Part shown: piece by piece, positions 62,086 to 64,000 of the stretch
Position numbering within the stretch: position 1 is the first letter of the stretch
Layout of the letters: each line of letters begins with the position of its first letter
Origin: an uncultured cyanobacterium
GTDB taxonomy: Bacteria; Cyanobacteriota; Cyanobacteriia; Cyanobacteriales; Nostocaceae
Assembly: GCA_963706595.1 (NCBI GenBank)
Contig: OY970166.1
Coordinates: forward strand, 5,120,001-5,184,000
Length of the DNA stretch: 64,000 nucleotides
Direction of reading: 5' to 3'
Translations under genes and position numbers: made by a program
The notes under the pieces: generated by a model
Database searches by the model: none
Told to the model about the DNA's origin: nothing
The model's input: only the letters and a program-made list of their open reading frames with translations

Positions 62086-63822
62086 ATGACGATTACAGAA
62101 GACCTTCAAAAGTTATTAGACATTCTGCCCCAAGACCTGCGACAAAATCTAGAGAGTCATCCCCAACGAGATAGTTTAGTTGAAGTGGTCTTGGATCTGG
62201 GTCGTTGCCCAGAGGCTCGCTTTCCTAATCAAGCTGAGTATCTGAGCGAAACACCCGTTACTCAAGCCCAAATCGATGATTGCATTCAGCGAATCGGAAC
62301 CTTTAGCGGAGATAATCGCGCCGGAATTGAGCTAACTTTGCATCGGATCAGTGCTATTCGTAACCGGAGTGGTAAAATTATTGGCTTGACCTGTCGCGTG
62401 GGTCGGGCAGTATTCGGCACCATTGGCATGATCCGCGATTTAGTGGAAACTGGTAAATCAATTCTCATGCTGGGGCGGCCGGGTGTGGGTAAAACTACTG
62501 CTTTAAGAGAAATTGCCCGTGTTTTAGCAGATGATTTCCATAAACGGGTCGTAATTATTGACACCTCCAACGAAATCGCCGGGGATGGTGATGTGCCTCA
62601 CCCGGCTATTGGTCGTGCGCGGCGGATGCAAGTGGCAAAACCCGAACTTCAGCATCAGGTAATGATTGAGGCAGTGGAAAACCACATGCCAGAAGTCATC
62701 GTGATTGATGAAATTGGTACAGAATTAGAAGCTTTAGCGGCGCGTACCATTGCGGAACGGGGTGTGCAATTGGTTGGTACTGCCCACGGTAATCAAATTG
62801 AAAACTTGATTAAAAACCCTACTCTTTCTGATTTAGTGGGCGGGATTCAGGCTGTGACTTTGGGGGATGACGAAGCTAGAAGGCGGGGCAGTCAAAAGAC
62901 CGTTTTGGAACGCAAAGCTCCTCCCACTTTCGAGATTGCTGTGGAAATGTTGGAACGGCAACGCTGGGTAATACACGAAAGTGTGGCGGATACGGTAGAT
63001 ACTCTGCTCAGAGGTCGTCAGCCTAGCCCACAAACGAGAAGCGTTGATGAGCAAGGTAAGGTGGCGATGACACGGCAGTTATCGGTGGTTAACGGTCGAG
63101 GTGGGCAAGTTGCCCCCAGAGAGGAATCTTTTCCAGCAGTGCGACCAACTAATGGCTGGCGTTCATCAGGACAAATGGTAGCATTGCCACCTTTGTCTTT
63201 AGAACGGGAGCGGATGACTGGACGTAGTGAGTTTGACCGCTTGCTGGATGAATCCTTCAACTACTCTGAGAGTTTTGATGTCAAAACCAGTAGACACTCA
63301 GGGCCCAATGGCGAAGATTTGCCTCTACACATTTATCCTTATGGTGTGAGTCGCCATCAATTAGAACAGGTGATTGGTGTATTAACTTTGCCAGTGATCT
63401 TGACAAAAGATATTGATACTGCGGATGCAATTTTAGCATTGCGATCGCACGTCAAAAACCACGCCAAGTTACGGCAAATGGCTAAAGTTCGTCATGTGCC
63501 AATTCATATCATTAAGTCCAGTACAATTCCACAGATTACCCGTGGTTTGCGGCGGTTGCTGAACATTGAAGATCCGGAAATGACCGATGACCGGGAACTG
63601 CAATTGTTTCTGCACGGTGGCTCAGATGATGAGATGGATGCTCTCGAAGAAGCCAGACTGGCTGTAGAGCAGATTGTAATTCCCAAAGGTCAGCCAGTGG
63701 AGTTATTACCCCGTTCTTCCAAAGTCCGCAAAATGCAGCATGAGTTGGTAGAACACTATCGACTCAAGTCTGATAGTTTTGGCGAAGAACCAAATCGGCG
63801 TTTGCGGATTTATCCGGCTTAA
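62086..63822 (+). CDS. ycf45: Ycf45-like AAA ATPase with C-terminal R3H domain
   Basis: GRPGVGKTT, DTSNEI, VIDEIG and RKMQH. Confidence 0.85.
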   Translation: MTITEDLQKLLDILPQDLRQNLESHPQRDSLVEVVLDLGRCPEARFPNQAEYLSETPVTQAQIDDCIQRIGTFSGDNRAGIELTLHRISAIRNRSGKIIGLTCRVGRAVFGTIGMIRDLVETGKSILMLGRPGVGKTTALREIARVLADDFHKRVVIIDTSNEIAGDGDVPHPAIGRARRMQVAKPELQHQVMIEAVENHMPEVIVIDEIGTELEALAARTIAERGVQLVGTAHGNQIENLIKNPTLSDLVGGIQAVTLGDDEARRRGSQKTVLERKAPPTFEIAVEMLERQRWVIHESVADTVDTLLRGRQPSPQTRSVDEQGKVAMTRQLSVVNGRGGQVAPREESFPAVRPTNGWRSSGQMVALPPLSLERERMTGRSEFDRLLDESFNYSESFDVKTSRHSGPNGEDLPLHIYPYGVSRHQLEQVIGVLTLPVILTKDIDTADAILALRSHVKNHAKLRQMAKVRHVPIHIIKSSTIPQITRGLRRLLNIEDPEMTDDRELQLFLHGGSDDEMDALEEARLAVEQIVIPKGQPVELLPRSSKVRKMQHELVEHYRLKSDSFGEEPNRRLRIYPA

Positions 63823-63823
63823 T

Positions 63824-63965
63824 GGGGAGTGGGGAGTGGGGAGTGGGGAGTGGGGAGTGGGGAATGGGGAGTGGGGAGTGGGGAATAGGGAGTGGGGAGT
63901 GGGGAGTGGGGAGTAGGAAGTTACAATCCTTCCCCCCTGCACCCTGCACCCTGCGCCCCTGCCTC
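63824..63965. repeat. STRR tracts (GGGGAGT)n and (CCCTGCA)n
   Basis: About 13 heptamers followed by about 5 heptamers. Confidence 0.9.
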
Positions 63966-64000
63966 TTCCACTGGACTGACTTTAGCTCGATATAGTAGCT

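Noticed and set aside
63706..63949. ORFs with PTPHS repeats
   Set aside because: Artefacts of STRR heptamer tracts.

Overview
This window is chromosomal DNA from a heterocyst-forming cyanobacterium (Nostocales). The assignment rests on abundant HIP1 GCGATCGC octamers, heptamer STRR tracts, a patS peptide gene, nifV and ldpA. Most of it is housekeeping or signalling genes (thiE/thiS, gatB, an infC paralog, rbp, clpS, moaE, panE, dnaX, nifV, cruP, ruvC, yvcK, tsaE, lepB, ldpA, ycf45, a PAS hybrid kinase and a REC-GGDEF-EAL protein), interspersed with REP-like palindromes, MITEs and 21/24-nt small dispersed repeats. Highlights: (1) Two unlinked loci (about 13-14.8 kb and 48.4-51.2 kb) share one architecture: a TIR- or NACHT-containing gene ending in a GUN4 domain with a scrambled distal part, then a conserved ~48-nt motif spanning the stop codon, then a convergent RAYT/Y1-HUH transposase remnant. 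This is a candidate undescribed transposase-linked receptor-diversification or mobilisation module. (2) A 430-aa DnaX intein carries its LAGLIDADG endonuclease in an overlapping -1 frame, with two in-phase A_AAA_AAG slippery heptamers. (3) A PARIS-like ABC-ATPase/TOPRIM pair lies next to yefM-yoeB. (4) A non-autonomous IS200/IS605 element has a probable omega-RNA end, next to a deleted tnpB. (5) patS, missing from the ORF track, has a DIF1 promoter. (6) In-frame small-repeat insertions occur in four genes. Several single-base frameshifts, one in the essential dnaX, suggest sequencing errors in this assembly.
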